Shown: positions 35,087 through 43,322, counted from the stretch's first letter. The stretch is 64,000 nt of DNA from Dehalococcoidia bacterium (GCA_965208725.1 CBDBPI010000001.1:668687-732686); one strand, 5' to 3'. Program-made: numbers and translations. Notes: generated from the letters alone by a model not told the origin.

Positions 35087-35623
35087 TCATTCCTCGCTCC
35101 AGCGAGGAGGCACCTGATACTCCTGGGGAAACATAGCGGTCGTATACTTTGCAGCGAGAACGGGATACCCATCCAGGCAGCCCGGCAGCCAGCGATATAA
35201 GTCTTCTCTCCTACCACTCCAGGTATAATCGATGTAGGCAATGACCCCATGGTTCACGGACCACTGTTCCATGTTGCCTGTGTCCTCAGCACGAAGAGAT
35301 AGCCTATTAACAGCAACATAAGCGAATTTGGGTATCGCCCTAAATCGCTCCTCATGTTCCAGGACCACTTTAGCGGCCTCGACCGCATCTCTGTCCCTAT
35401 AGGCTCGCATGTCCAACCACCAATCGGTGTCGACGACGGAAGCAGTAAACGGCGGAGAAGGCGACTCGATGATGGCCAGCGCGCCGAAATCAAAATCGTC
35501 AACACATGGCTCCAGGCCCAATATGTCCTCATAGGAAGGCTTCCCGCAAGCTGCGGTCAGCCAGAGGGCAACTACTGCTATGAAGAGCGTGAGGGCTTTG
35601 GTTTGCCAGTTGGTTGTTTTCAT
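35087..35623 (-). CDS. cassette lipoprotein 3
   Basis: MKTTNWQTKALTLFIAVVALWLTAACGKP.... The ATG at 35623 follows AGGAGG. The longer ORF-track version (to 35716) runs through the promoter. Confidence 0.7.
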   Translation of the reverse strand: MKTTNWQTKALTLFIAVVALWLTAACGKPSYEDILGLEPCVDDFDFGALAIIESPSPPFTASVVDTDWWLDMRAYRDRDAVEAAKVVLEHEERFRAIPKFAYVAVNRLSLRAEDTGNMEQWSVNHGVIAYIDYTWSGRREDLYRWLPGCLDGYPVLAAKYTTAMFPQEYQVPPRWSEE

Positions 35624-35658
35624 GGGTGTCACCTCCTTTTGTTGGCGGGTTTGTTGAG
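35601..35658 (-). repeat. 58-nt perfect repeat core, copy 3
   Basis: Identical to 33744..33801 and 34646..34703. Confidence 0.9.
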
Positions 35659-35682
35659 CTTCTGTTCGCCCTTCAGAGATAG

Positions 35683-35711
35683 ATGATAGTATATGTGTTC
35701 GTGGCTGTCTA
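35683..35711 (-). promoter_or_regulatory. promoter of lipoprotein 3 (TAGACA-N17-TATCAT)
   Basis: The minus strand carries TAGACA at 35711..35706 and TATCAT at 35688..35683. Confidence 0.45.
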
Positions 35712-35798
35712 GACAAATGTCTTGCTTTGGGAAAAGAGGACTGGGGGAAGGGACAGAGTCACGCCTTCGATACGACAGCAAAGGCTGTGCGATAGTGG

Positions 35799-36731
35799 CT
35801 ATGCGCTTCTGTCGGCTATCCTCGCCAGGTGCTTGCGTCGCGCCTCTTCCATCTGCTGAAGCTGCTTGGCCCGTCGCTCTTCCTGCTCCAGCCATGTGAA
35901 GAAGAGGAGGGCGAGGCCGGTGAAGTACATCATCGTGCCCGGAATCCACATCAGCACTCCGCCAAGCTGCTGGTCAAGCTCTCCATCGATACCCCAGTGG
36001 TCGGGGGTGCCGTCGTAGTAGGAGTAGACGGGACCCTGGGCGAAGGTGAGGATGGCCCCGAGGATGATGTTCTGGAAGAGGGCGAGGAAGAGGTAGAGAA
36101 AGCGCAGGGGGTGGGGCATGCGGGAGCGCACCGGCGCGGGGCCGATGACGGGCCACCAGAAGATGAGGGCCGCGCCGAACATGGTCAGGTGCTCCAGCAC
36201 GTGGACGCCCTCGGAGGAGAGGGCGGCGTTGTAGGGCGCGGGGGTATGCCAGACCCAGATGGTGACGACGAATATCAGCCAGGCGATTACCGGGACGGTG
36301 ACGCCCTGGATGGCAAGCCGGAGGACCCCGGCGCTGTTCAGCGTTTCGCCGATGCTCCTTCGGACGCCCCTGGGAAAGGCCCACAGGATGCGGGACATGG
36401 GGTCGGCCAGCTGCAGAAGGGGCGGAGCTATCATCATCAGCAGGAGGTGCTGGACCATGTGCATGAAGAAGAGGTCGCCAGCGTAGACGTCGATGGGGGA
36501 TAGGAGGGCCAACACCAGGGCGATGATGCCCGCAAGATAGAGGAGGTCGCGAGACTTTCGGGGGGGAGCATACCGGGCGCGCCGGCCCAGTCGCCAGCGT
36601 CCGACCAGGTACAGAACGGACATCAAGACGATGGGTATGACGATATAGAGGGCCGAGTCCCAGTAGGCCAGGAAGTCGGCGAAGTTACTCGCCAGGGGCA
36701 GGTGCTCGTGGCCGGTGTGGAGAAAAATCAT
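35799..36731 (-). CDS. ctaG: cytochrome c oxidase assembly factor CtaG (caa3-type, Bacillus CtaG family)
   Basis: 310-aa polytopic protein with FFMHMVQHLLLMMIAPPLL, WVWHTP and the HVLEHL motif. Confidence 0.8.
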   Translation of the reverse strand: MIFLHTGHEHLPLASNFADFLAYWDSALYIVIPIVLMSVLYLVGRWRLGRRARYAPPRKSRDLLYLAGIIALVLALLSPIDVYAGDLFFMHMVQHLLLMMIAPPLLQLADPMSRILWAFPRGVRRSIGETLNSAGVLRLAIQGVTVPVIAWLIFVVTIWVWHTPAPYNAALSSEGVHVLEHLTMFGAALIFWWPVIGPAPVRSRMPHPLRFLYLFLALFQNIILGAILTFAQGPVYSYYDGTPDHWGIDGELDQQLGGVLMWIPGTMMYFTGLALLFFTWLEQEERRAKQLQQMEEARRKHLARIADRSA

Positions 36732-36766
36732 GCTCAGCGGGGCGGGCTGATGGGGATGAGAGCGAA

Positions 36767-36803
36767 CACCCCCATCCTAACCTTCCCCCATCGAGGGGGA
36801 AGG
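36767..36803. repeat. REP-like palindromic element, copy 2 (cacccccatcctaaCCTTCCCCCatcgaGGGGGAAGG)
   Basis: Intergenic between ctaG and the 36826 gene. An outer CCCCATCC ... GGATGGGG pair (ending ~36824) extends the hairpin. Confidence 0.5.
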
Positions 36804-36825
36804 CAGAAGAACGGAAGGATGGGGC

Positions 36826-37302
36826 TCACCTGGACTTGCGACGCGCCCTCTTGCGGGACCGTTCCCGCGCCTTGCTGGTCGACTCCTTGAAACAGTAGAA
36901 GTTGTCCGAGTCCAAAATCCGCTTCATCACTTCCATGGAGATGTTCATGGGATGGGTGGGCGCGGCCCACTCTTCCGTAACGTCCCAGTGGAGGTCCCGG
37001 AGGCTGGTGGCCTTGTTGGAGTTCTTCAGCAGCAGCCTGAAGACTATCTCCTTGAGGGGCATGGCAGGGGAGATGAAGTCCTCTGCCTGGGCGCAGCAGC
37101 GGGACATGTCCCGGATCTGCTTCCTGACGGTTGGGGGCTTCTTCTCGTTCAACACCCGCTCCACACAGTTTGGGCAACGGCGGCCTAACAGCAGCGACGA
37201 CATGTCTCGCTGCTGGGCTTCCGCCATCTTCGGATCAATTACGTAATAGGCCTTGGATATATCGTGCGCGGGCCGGTCATGCTCCGCTAACTTCTGTACC
37301 AT
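36826..37302 (-). CDS. hypothetical protein (Cys-containing, basic C-terminal tail)
   Basis: 158 aa from ATG 37302 (AGGAGG 5 nt upstream, 1 nt after the moeA stop). It has CPNC...CC and ends KARERSRKRARRKSR. No family recognised. Confidence 0.5.
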   Translation of the reverse strand: MVQKLAEHDRPAHDISKAYYVIDPKMAEAQQRDMSSLLLGRRCPNCVERVLNEKKPPTVRKQIRDMSRCCAQAEDFISPAMPLKEIVFRLLLKNSNKATSLRDLHWDVTEEWAAPTHPMNISMEVMKRILDSDNFYCFKESTSKARERSRKRARRKSR

Positions 37303-37303
37303 C

Positions 37304-38638
37304 TCACCCTCCTGCCTCTTCATTCCAATCGAGCATCTTCACGTCCACAATCTGGCCGCTCTCCATGCAGGGCAGGTCTTCCGGGCAGATAGCAAGCCCG
37401 TTGGCCCGCGCCATGGAGGTCAGGATGTTGGACCCCTGGGGGCCCGTGGGCGTGGCGTAGTAGTTGCCGTTCTGCCTGGTCACCCTTACACGGGCGAAGA
37501 CACGACGGCCATCGAAGTTGATAATCGGTCCCTTGAGTTCCGCGCGGATTGTGGGCTTCGCCAAGTCGGTCCGGCCCAGCATCCGCAGGATGGCGGGACG
37601 GCCGAATTCCTCGAAGGCGACCATGGCGCTGACGGGGTTGCCCGGCAGGCCCAGATGGGGCACCAATCGACCCCCTTCGCCCTTGAGCATGCCCCAGGCC
37701 AGGGGCTTGGCGGGGCGCATCCGCACGGACCAGAAATTCACCTTGCCGCGCTCCGCCAAAACGTCCTTCACGATGTCGTAGTCACCCTTCGACACGCCGG
37801 CGGATGTGAGGAGCAGGTCCGCCGTCAGCCCCTCGTTCAGCTTCCGGTGCATGTCCTCCAGGTTGTCGCGGGCGATTCCCAGCATTTGGGGGACGCCGCC
37901 GTAGCGCTGCACGGAGGCGGCCAGGCTGTAGCTGTTGCTGTCATATATGCGACCAGGCTGGGCGGCTTCGCCAGGTTCCTGCAGCTCGTCGCCGGTGGCG
38001 AGGATGGCTATCCTGGGCCGCCGAATCACCGACACCTGCTCGATGCCGAGGGAAGCAAGGACGCCTATCTCCGAGGGTCTGAGGACGGCGCTGCGTTCGA
38101 GGACTTTTTCGCCCGCCTTCACGTCCTCGCCGGCAGGCCGGACGTGCATTCCCAAAGGCTGGTCGACGAGGATGCCGATTTCATCCATGGAGTCGCCTCG
38201 GGCCTTGCGCTCCACCTCGTCGGTCTCCTCGAAGGGGACGACGGTGTCGCAGCCTTCGGGCGTGGGCGCGCCCGTCATGATGCGCAGGGCGGTACCCGGC
38301 TCCACCGAGCGGTCCGGTATCTGGCCCGCAGCTATCAGGCCGATTACGCGCAGGACGACGGGATTTTCGGGGGAAGCGTCCTGAACGTCCTCGTGGCGGA
38401 GGGCGTAGCCGTCCATGGCGGAGTTGTCCGTCGGCGGAATGTTGAGGGGCGAAAAAACGTCCTCGGCGAGGGTCTGGCCCAAGGCATCCAGGATGGGCCT
38501 GCTCTCCGGCTCAAGAGGGCTGAAGGCGGCGATTATCCGGTCGAAGGCTTCCTCCACGCTGAGCATGTCGGCATGGTAGTGTCCCCGCCTGTGGTGGCGT
38601 CCCTCCTTGTGTCCGTGACCGTGATGGTGGTCCTTCAT
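37304..38638 (-). CDS. moeA: molybdopterin molybdotransferase MoeA with His-rich N-terminal extension
   Basis: 444 aa with SVEEAFDRI, the SAMDGYALR motif, TGAP, ATGDEL, the SGGVSKGD-like SAGVSKGDYD, and PGNPVSA. Confidence 0.88.
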   Translation of the reverse strand: MKDHHHGHGHKEGRHHRRGHYHADMLSVEEAFDRIIAAFSPLEPESRPILDALGQTLAEDVFSPLNIPPTDNSAMDGYALRHEDVQDASPENPVVLRVIGLIAAGQIPDRSVEPGTALRIMTGAPTPEGCDTVVPFEETDEVERKARGDSMDEIGILVDQPLGMHVRPAGEDVKAGEKVLERSAVLRPSEIGVLASLGIEQVSVIRRPRIAILATGDELQEPGEAAQPGRIYDSNSYSLAASVQRYGGVPQMLGIARDNLEDMHRKLNEGLTADLLLTSAGVSKGDYDIVKDVLAERGKVNFWSVRMRPAKPLAWGMLKGEGGRLVPHLGLPGNPVSAMVAFEEFGRPAILRMLGRTDLAKPTIRAELKGPIINFDGRRVFARVRVTRQNGNYYATPTGPQGSNILTSMARANGLAICPEDLPCMESGQIVDVKMLDWNEEAGG

Positions 38639-41058
38639 CCGCTCACCTCCTCTTCGGCGCCGCGCTGGACAGCCCCGACTTCCCTTTCGAGCATGGAAAG
38701 GACACGGGACAGGCTGCGATTCACGTCCCGCGCCGAAAGGGTCCGGTTGGGGGCGCGGAAGTGGATGCGGTAGCCAAGGGAGACCTTGCCCGGCGGCGCT
38801 TCCTCACCCTCGTAGACGTCGAAGAGGACGGTGCGCTCCACCAAGGGCTGACCGTCGATGATCTGCTGGATCCGCGCGGCGGGAACGTCCCGGTCGACGA
38901 GAATCGATATGTCACGCAGTGATGCGGGGTAGCGGGCGAGGGGTTTCACCGCCTCCCGGGCATCGGGCAGAGCTTCAAACAGGCAGTTGAGGTCAACTTC
39001 AAAGAAGACGACGGCGCCGTCGTCTATTTCAAAGGCCTCTGCTGCCAGTGGGTGTACCTCTCCCAACATGCCCACAACGGCGCCATTGACGGACACGGAG
39101 GCCGCCTTGCCGGGATGGAGAAAATCGTCGCCGTGGGGACGGAACTCGCCATGAGCTCCCAGACGCGCGAGGAGGGACTCCACGATACCCTTGGCGTCGT
39201 AGAAATCGTAGCTGCCCTGGACAGAGAGCCAACCTTCGCTTGTCCGCTGGCCTGTAAGAAGACCTGCTGCGATTTCCGGCTCCCTGGGCAGGTCCTCTCC
39301 CTGCTTCAGATATACGCGGCCAATCTCAAAGATGGCAACGGAGCGGGCGTCTCGGGCCACGTTGTATGAGAGGGTGTTCATAAGGCTGGCGCGAAGGGTG
39401 GGCCGCATGTACTTGAACTCGCGGCTCATAGGGTTGGATACGGACAGCAGCCCATCGTCGTCATTCGCGACCTTGGCCTTCCTCAACAGGTCAAGTCCAA
39501 CGGCAGAGTAGCTGATGGTCTCCTGCAGCCCTTGACGCACCAGCAGGTCGCGGACTAGCTCCCGGAAGTCACGAAGGTCCTGGCCTTCGTAGTGGGGGAT
39601 TGACGTGGAGAGCATTTCGGTGGGGATGGAGTCGTACCCGACGATGCGGGCAACTTCCTCCACCAGGTCGTCTTCAATGGTGATATCGCTGCGCCACGGG
39701 GGGGCGGAAGCGCGCAAGGCGTTCTCGTCTCCAGTCTCAACCTCAAAGCCCAGGGAGGTGAGGACGTCGGCGGCCTGCTCCATGGAGTGCTCCATGCCCA
39801 GGACCTGCTTCATCCGGGCAGAGGTCAGGAGCATGGCGCGCGGCTTCTCGCGTTCCGGATACACGTCGATGATGCCCCTCGCGACGGTTCCGCCTGCTAC
39901 CTGCTGTATTAGCTGGGTGGCACGACGGAGGGCCAACGGGGGGAGATCGGGGCGGAGGCCCTTCTCGAAGCGGACCGTTGCTTCGGTGCGAAGGCTGAAG
40001 TCCGCTGCGGTACGACGGTTGTTGGAGGGGTCAAAGCTGGCGGATTCGAGGACAACGTCGGTGGTGGATTCGGTGATGCCGCTGTCTAGGCCGCCTATGA
40101 CGCCGCCCAAAGCCCGAGCGTCCCGGTCGTCGGCGATGACGAGATGGTCGGAGCCGAGGGGGATTTCTATTTCGTCCAGCGTGGTCATGGTCTCGCCGGT
40201 GTAGGCGCGGCGGACGTGAATGCGCTGCCGCAGCAGAGTTTCGTAGTCGAAGGCATGAAGGGGCTGACCGTACTCCAGCATCACGTAGTTGGTGACGTCC
40301 ACTACGTTGTTGATGGGACGGACGTCGCACAGCTCCAGTCGCTTCTGCAGCCACTGGGGAGAGGGGCCTACGGCGATGCCGCGGATGAGGCTGGCGGTGT
40401 ATCGAGGGCAGAGGTCGGAGTCCCGGATGCTTACGGAAAGCAGGTTGCGAATCTCCTGGCCTTCCTCCGGGTAGATGAGCTCTGGCTGTCGGACTTCGGA
40501 GCCGGTGAGGGCCGCAACCTCGTAGGCCACGCCAAGAACGGAGAGCCAGTCCGAGCGATTAGGCGTGGGCTCCAAGTCCAGAATCACGTCGCCTAGATAG
40601 TCATCAAGGGCCATGCCGACGGGAGCGTTTGACGGAAGCACCAGAATGCCGTCGTGGTCGTCGCCGAGGCCCAGCTCTCGCTCGGAGCAGACCATGCCGC
40701 GGGAGACCACGCCGCGAATCTTGGCGGCTTTTAGCGTGGACAGCCTGCCATTCCGGGCGTCGACGAGCCGTGCGCCCACCTGGGCAAAGGCTATCTTCTG
40801 TCCCTGGGCCACATTGGGAGCGCCGCAGACGACCTGGTGTGGTGCGTCTTCGCCCACGTCTACCGTGCACAGCACCAGGCGGTCGGCGTTGGGGTGACGC
40901 TCCACCCTCTCAACAAAGCCGACGGAGCAGTTGTCCCAGCCGCCGACGGTTATTACGTCGCCAACTTCAAGACCGGCCATGGTCAGGCCGTGGGCCAGGT
41001 CTTCGGCGGGAATGTCGAAGTCCACCAGTTCTTTGAGCCAGGAGAGGGGAATTTTCAT
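38635..41058 (-). CDS. pheT: phenylalanyl-tRNA synthetase beta subunit
   Basis: 807 aa with the MKIPLSWLKELVD start, tRNA-binding, B3/4, B5 and FDX-ACB domains. Its start overlaps the pheS stop (TGATG). Confidence 0.93.
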   Translation of the reverse strand: MKIPLSWLKELVDFDIPAEDLAHGLTMAGLEVGDVITVGGWDNCSVGFVERVERHPNADRLVLCTVDVGEDAPHQVVCGAPNVAQGQKIAFAQVGARLVDARNGRLSTLKAAKIRGVVSRGMVCSERELGLGDDHDGILVLPSNAPVGMALDDYLGDVILDLEPTPNRSDWLSVLGVAYEVAALTGSEVRQPELIYPEEGQEIRNLLSVSIRDSDLCPRYTASLIRGIAVGPSPQWLQKRLELCDVRPINNVVDVTNYVMLEYGQPLHAFDYETLLRQRIHVRRAYTGETMTTLDEIEIPLGSDHLVIADDRDARALGGVIGGLDSGITESTTDVVLESASFDPSNNRRTAADFSLRTEATVRFEKGLRPDLPPLALRRATQLIQQVAGGTVARGIIDVYPEREKPRAMLLTSARMKQVLGMEHSMEQAADVLTSLGFEVETGDENALRASAPPWRSDITIEDDLVEEVARIVGYDSIPTEMLSTSIPHYEGQDLRDFRELVRDLLVRQGLQETISYSAVGLDLLRKAKVANDDDGLLSVSNPMSREFKYMRPTLRASLMNTLSYNVARDARSVAIFEIGRVYLKQGEDLPREPEIAAGLLTGQRTSEGWLSVQGSYDFYDAKGIVESLLARLGAHGEFRPHGDDFLHPGKAASVSVNGAVVGMLGEVHPLAAEAFEIDDGAVVFFEVDLNCLFEALPDAREAVKPLARYPASLRDISILVDRDVPAARIQQIIDGQPLVERTVLFDVYEGEEAPPGKVSLGYRIHFRAPNRTLSARDVNRSLSRVLSMLEREVGAVQRGAEEEVSG

Positions 41059-42131
41059 CAGAATTGGCCGAGGAACCGGAGGTCGTTGGAGTAGAAGAGG
41101 CGGATGTCCTCGATGCCGTACTTGAGCATGGCGACGCGGTCGGGGCCGATGCCGAAGGCGAAGCCGGTGTAGATAGACGGGTCGTAGCCCACGTCCGACA
41201 ACACCTTCGGATGCACCATGCCCGCGCCGAGGATCTCTATCCAGCCGGCTTCACGGCAGACGTTGCAGCCCTTGCCGTTGGAGTTGCCCTGACCGTCACA
41301 GGCGAAGCAGTCGATGGACATGTCCACGCCGGGTTCGACGAAGGGGAAGTAGTCACAGCGGAAGCGGACTTTGCGCTGGGTGCCGAATACGCGGCGGGCG
41401 AACTCGTAGAGCGTGCCCTTGAGGTGGGCCATGGTGATGCCCTTGTCGACAGCCAAGCCCTCTATCTGGTGGAAGTGCCACTCGTGGGTGGCGTCGGTGG
41501 CCTCATATCGATAGACCTTGCCTGGGACGACGACGCGCACCGGCGGGTCCGTCTTCTCCATGGTGCGGGCCTGCATAGGGGAAGTGTGGGTGCGGAGAAG
41601 CATGGACTGCTGGCCTTCCGCGTCCTTGTGGTCAATCCAGAGGGTGTTCCACATATCCCGCGCCGGGTGGTCTCGGGGTATGTTCAGCATTTCGAAGTTG
41701 TAGTGGTCCCACTCCACCTCCGGCCCTTCGATGACTTCAAAACCCATGGAAACGAAGGCGTCGCAGATCTCGCGAAGTATCTGGGTGAGGGGATGGTAGC
41801 GGCCGACGGGAGCCGGACGACCGGGCCTGGTTACGTCTATCTGCTCCTGTTCGGCAAGGACGGCGAAGCGGCCCTCGCGGACCCGTCGGCGTGCGCCGTC
41901 AAGCTCTGACTCCAAGACGTTCTTGGCCCTGTTGGCCTCGACTCCGGCAGCGCGGCGGTCTTCGCGAGGCAGGGAACCGAGGCTGCGCAACATGGTGGTG
42001 AGTCGACCGCGACGTCCCATGTATCGGACGCGCCATTCTTCCAGCGCTTCTTCTGCCGTCAGACCTCGCAGTTCCTCCAGGGCATCACTCTGCACCTGGC
42101 CGAGATCTTCGATGAGTTGTTTGGAGTTCAT
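41058..42131 (-). CDS. pheS: phenylalanyl-tRNA synthetase alpha subunit
   Basis: 357 aa with HPLTQ, FEMLNIPRDHPARDM, LRTHTS and class II motif 3 GFAFGIGPDRVAML. Confidence 0.93.
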   Translation of the reverse strand: MNSKQLIEDLGQVQSDALEELRGLTAEEALEEWRVRYMGRRGRLTTMLRSLGSLPREDRRAAGVEANRAKNVLESELDGARRRVREGRFAVLAEQEQIDVTRPGRPAPVGRYHPLTQILREICDAFVSMGFEVIEGPEVEWDHYNFEMLNIPRDHPARDMWNTLWIDHKDAEGQQSMLLRTHTSPMQARTMEKTDPPVRVVVPGKVYRYEATDATHEWHFHQIEGLAVDKGITMAHLKGTLYEFARRVFGTQRKVRFRCDYFPFVEPGVDMSIDCFACDGQGNSNGKGCNVCREAGWIEILGAGMVHPKVLSDVGYDPSIYTGFAFGIGPDRVAMLKYGIEDIRLFYSNDLRFLGQF

Positions 42132-42297
42132 GGAAGCCGCTGGTGCTCTGAGGACGGCGGCTGCGTCTTGAGTAGGTGAGGCATTAGGGGGTCAATTATA
42201 GAATTGGCCGTGGTAAGGGTCAAGAAAGGGGCATTGGCACTCTCAAATAGTGGGGGATAATGGAATACCACGAGTATCGGTGGGGAAGAAAGGTCTG

Positions 42298-43170
42298 CTA
42301 ATCTGCAACTTCAATGAGTAGCCTACAGTGGTCGCTGGAACCCCACTCCTCTGTTCTGTTAAGCGCTTTAACACACACGGAGGATACCATTTCATTGGAG
42401 GCGAAGGCGAAGTCCAACTGCCTGGTGGCCGGATTTCGTATTGGACGGAATGTCGGGACGTTCTTGCTGTCACTCGGCAACTCGTCAGGCCACGGCTCCG
42501 CCTGCCTCCCATTTGGGGCTTGGGGGCCTACGAATGAGAGCCCCAGAGCCTCCATCCTGTCGAATACAGTTGCGTAGCGTCGAGTCCAATACTTGTTCCC
42601 ACCCTCCGCTGTTCCATGGAGAATGTTGAGGTCCCCTGCAGCAACGATCCGGTGCCCATTCTCTCTTCCAATGAACAGCGAAAGGTCTGAGATAATGCGA
42701 TGGACTGAGGCATCCGCAACAATCCAGCTACTGCCTGTCGATGGATGAGGCGACAACCAGCGAGCATACATGGACACCACTATAAAGGGCGGGGCTTCAC
42801 GAGGGATGACACGCGCTGCAGCGATACCGCCGATACCACTGACTGCTAACTCGTCATGGTTCACATGGCTAATGGGACTTACCTGATTGAACCACTCTAC
42901 TCTTACTCGGTCCGATAGCTTTACAACTTTGGGCCATCGTTCTAGCAGATTCCCCAACTTGTCCTCATACCACCTAGAATTCCAATGTTCCTTGGGGCCT
43001 GTGTCTATCCTGTCAGCAACATCGGTCGGTGGATTGCCCGCCTCCTGCAGCAGGGCAACATCCGCGTCCATGTTCAACAACTGTCGCCACGGCTCGTGCA
43101 TTTTTGCAATGTTCCAGCTAACTAACCGTATAGCCAACGCGACCTTTGAATCCTTTCGTTTGTTTGCCAT
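42298..43170 (-). CDS. endonuclease/exonuclease/phosphatase (EEP) family protein
   Basis: 290 aa. Catalytic pattern SWNI ... LLQE ... GDLN ... SSDH. About 50% GC, and no signal peptide. Confidence 0.8.
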   Translation of the reverse strand: MANKRKDSKVALAIRLVSWNIAKMHEPWRQLLNMDADVALLQEAGNPPTDVADRIDTGPKEHWNSRWYEDKLGNLLERWPKVVKLSDRVRVEWFNQVSPISHVNHDELAVSGIGGIAAARVIPREAPPFIVVSMYARWLSPHPSTGSSWIVADASVHRIISDLSLFIGRENGHRIVAAGDLNILHGTAEGGNKYWTRRYATVFDRMEALGLSFVGPQAPNGRQAEPWPDELPSDSKNVPTFRPIRNPATRQLDFAFASNEMVSSVCVKALNRTEEWGSSDHCRLLIEVAD

Positions 43171-43283
43171 CGAATCGTATCATGGCAATTAGAACCCGTC
43201 TATCCGACCCGTTAGAGTGTCACACTTGGTATTTTCTGCTCTGAGAAATCGCGTCTAAGAGAATTCACCCTGGGCAAATGCCA

Positions 43284-43313
43284 TTGACACCCACTGGTTG
43301 TGAAACTTAGAAT
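43284..43313 (+). promoter_or_regulatory. sigma70-like promoter (TTGACA-N18-TAGAAT) of rplU-rpmA
   Basis: Hexamers at 43284..43289 and 43308..43313. The -10 box ends 9 nt before the rplU ATG, with no SD in between. Confidence 0.45.
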
Positions 43314-43322
43314 TTATTGGTT

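Noticed and set aside
37253-38773. A 506-aa plus-strand ORF spans the moeA region. Similar long ORFs lie at 27839..29218, 47905..49149, 51260..52597, 59778..60815, 60052..60999, 57269..58282 and 62272..63030.
   Set aside because: All lie antisense to, or out of frame with, genes that carry strong family signatures (moeA, ctaD, mscS, acs, mutase, ACADs). Their products are low-complexity Arg/Gly/Pro/His-rich strings typical of spurious ORFs in high-GC DNA.
42168-42203. A TAGAAT box at 42198..42203 with TTGAGT upstream, which I considered as a plus-strand promoter.
   Set aside because: The spacer would be 24 nt, and no plus-strand gene follows for more than 1 kb. This is probably chance.
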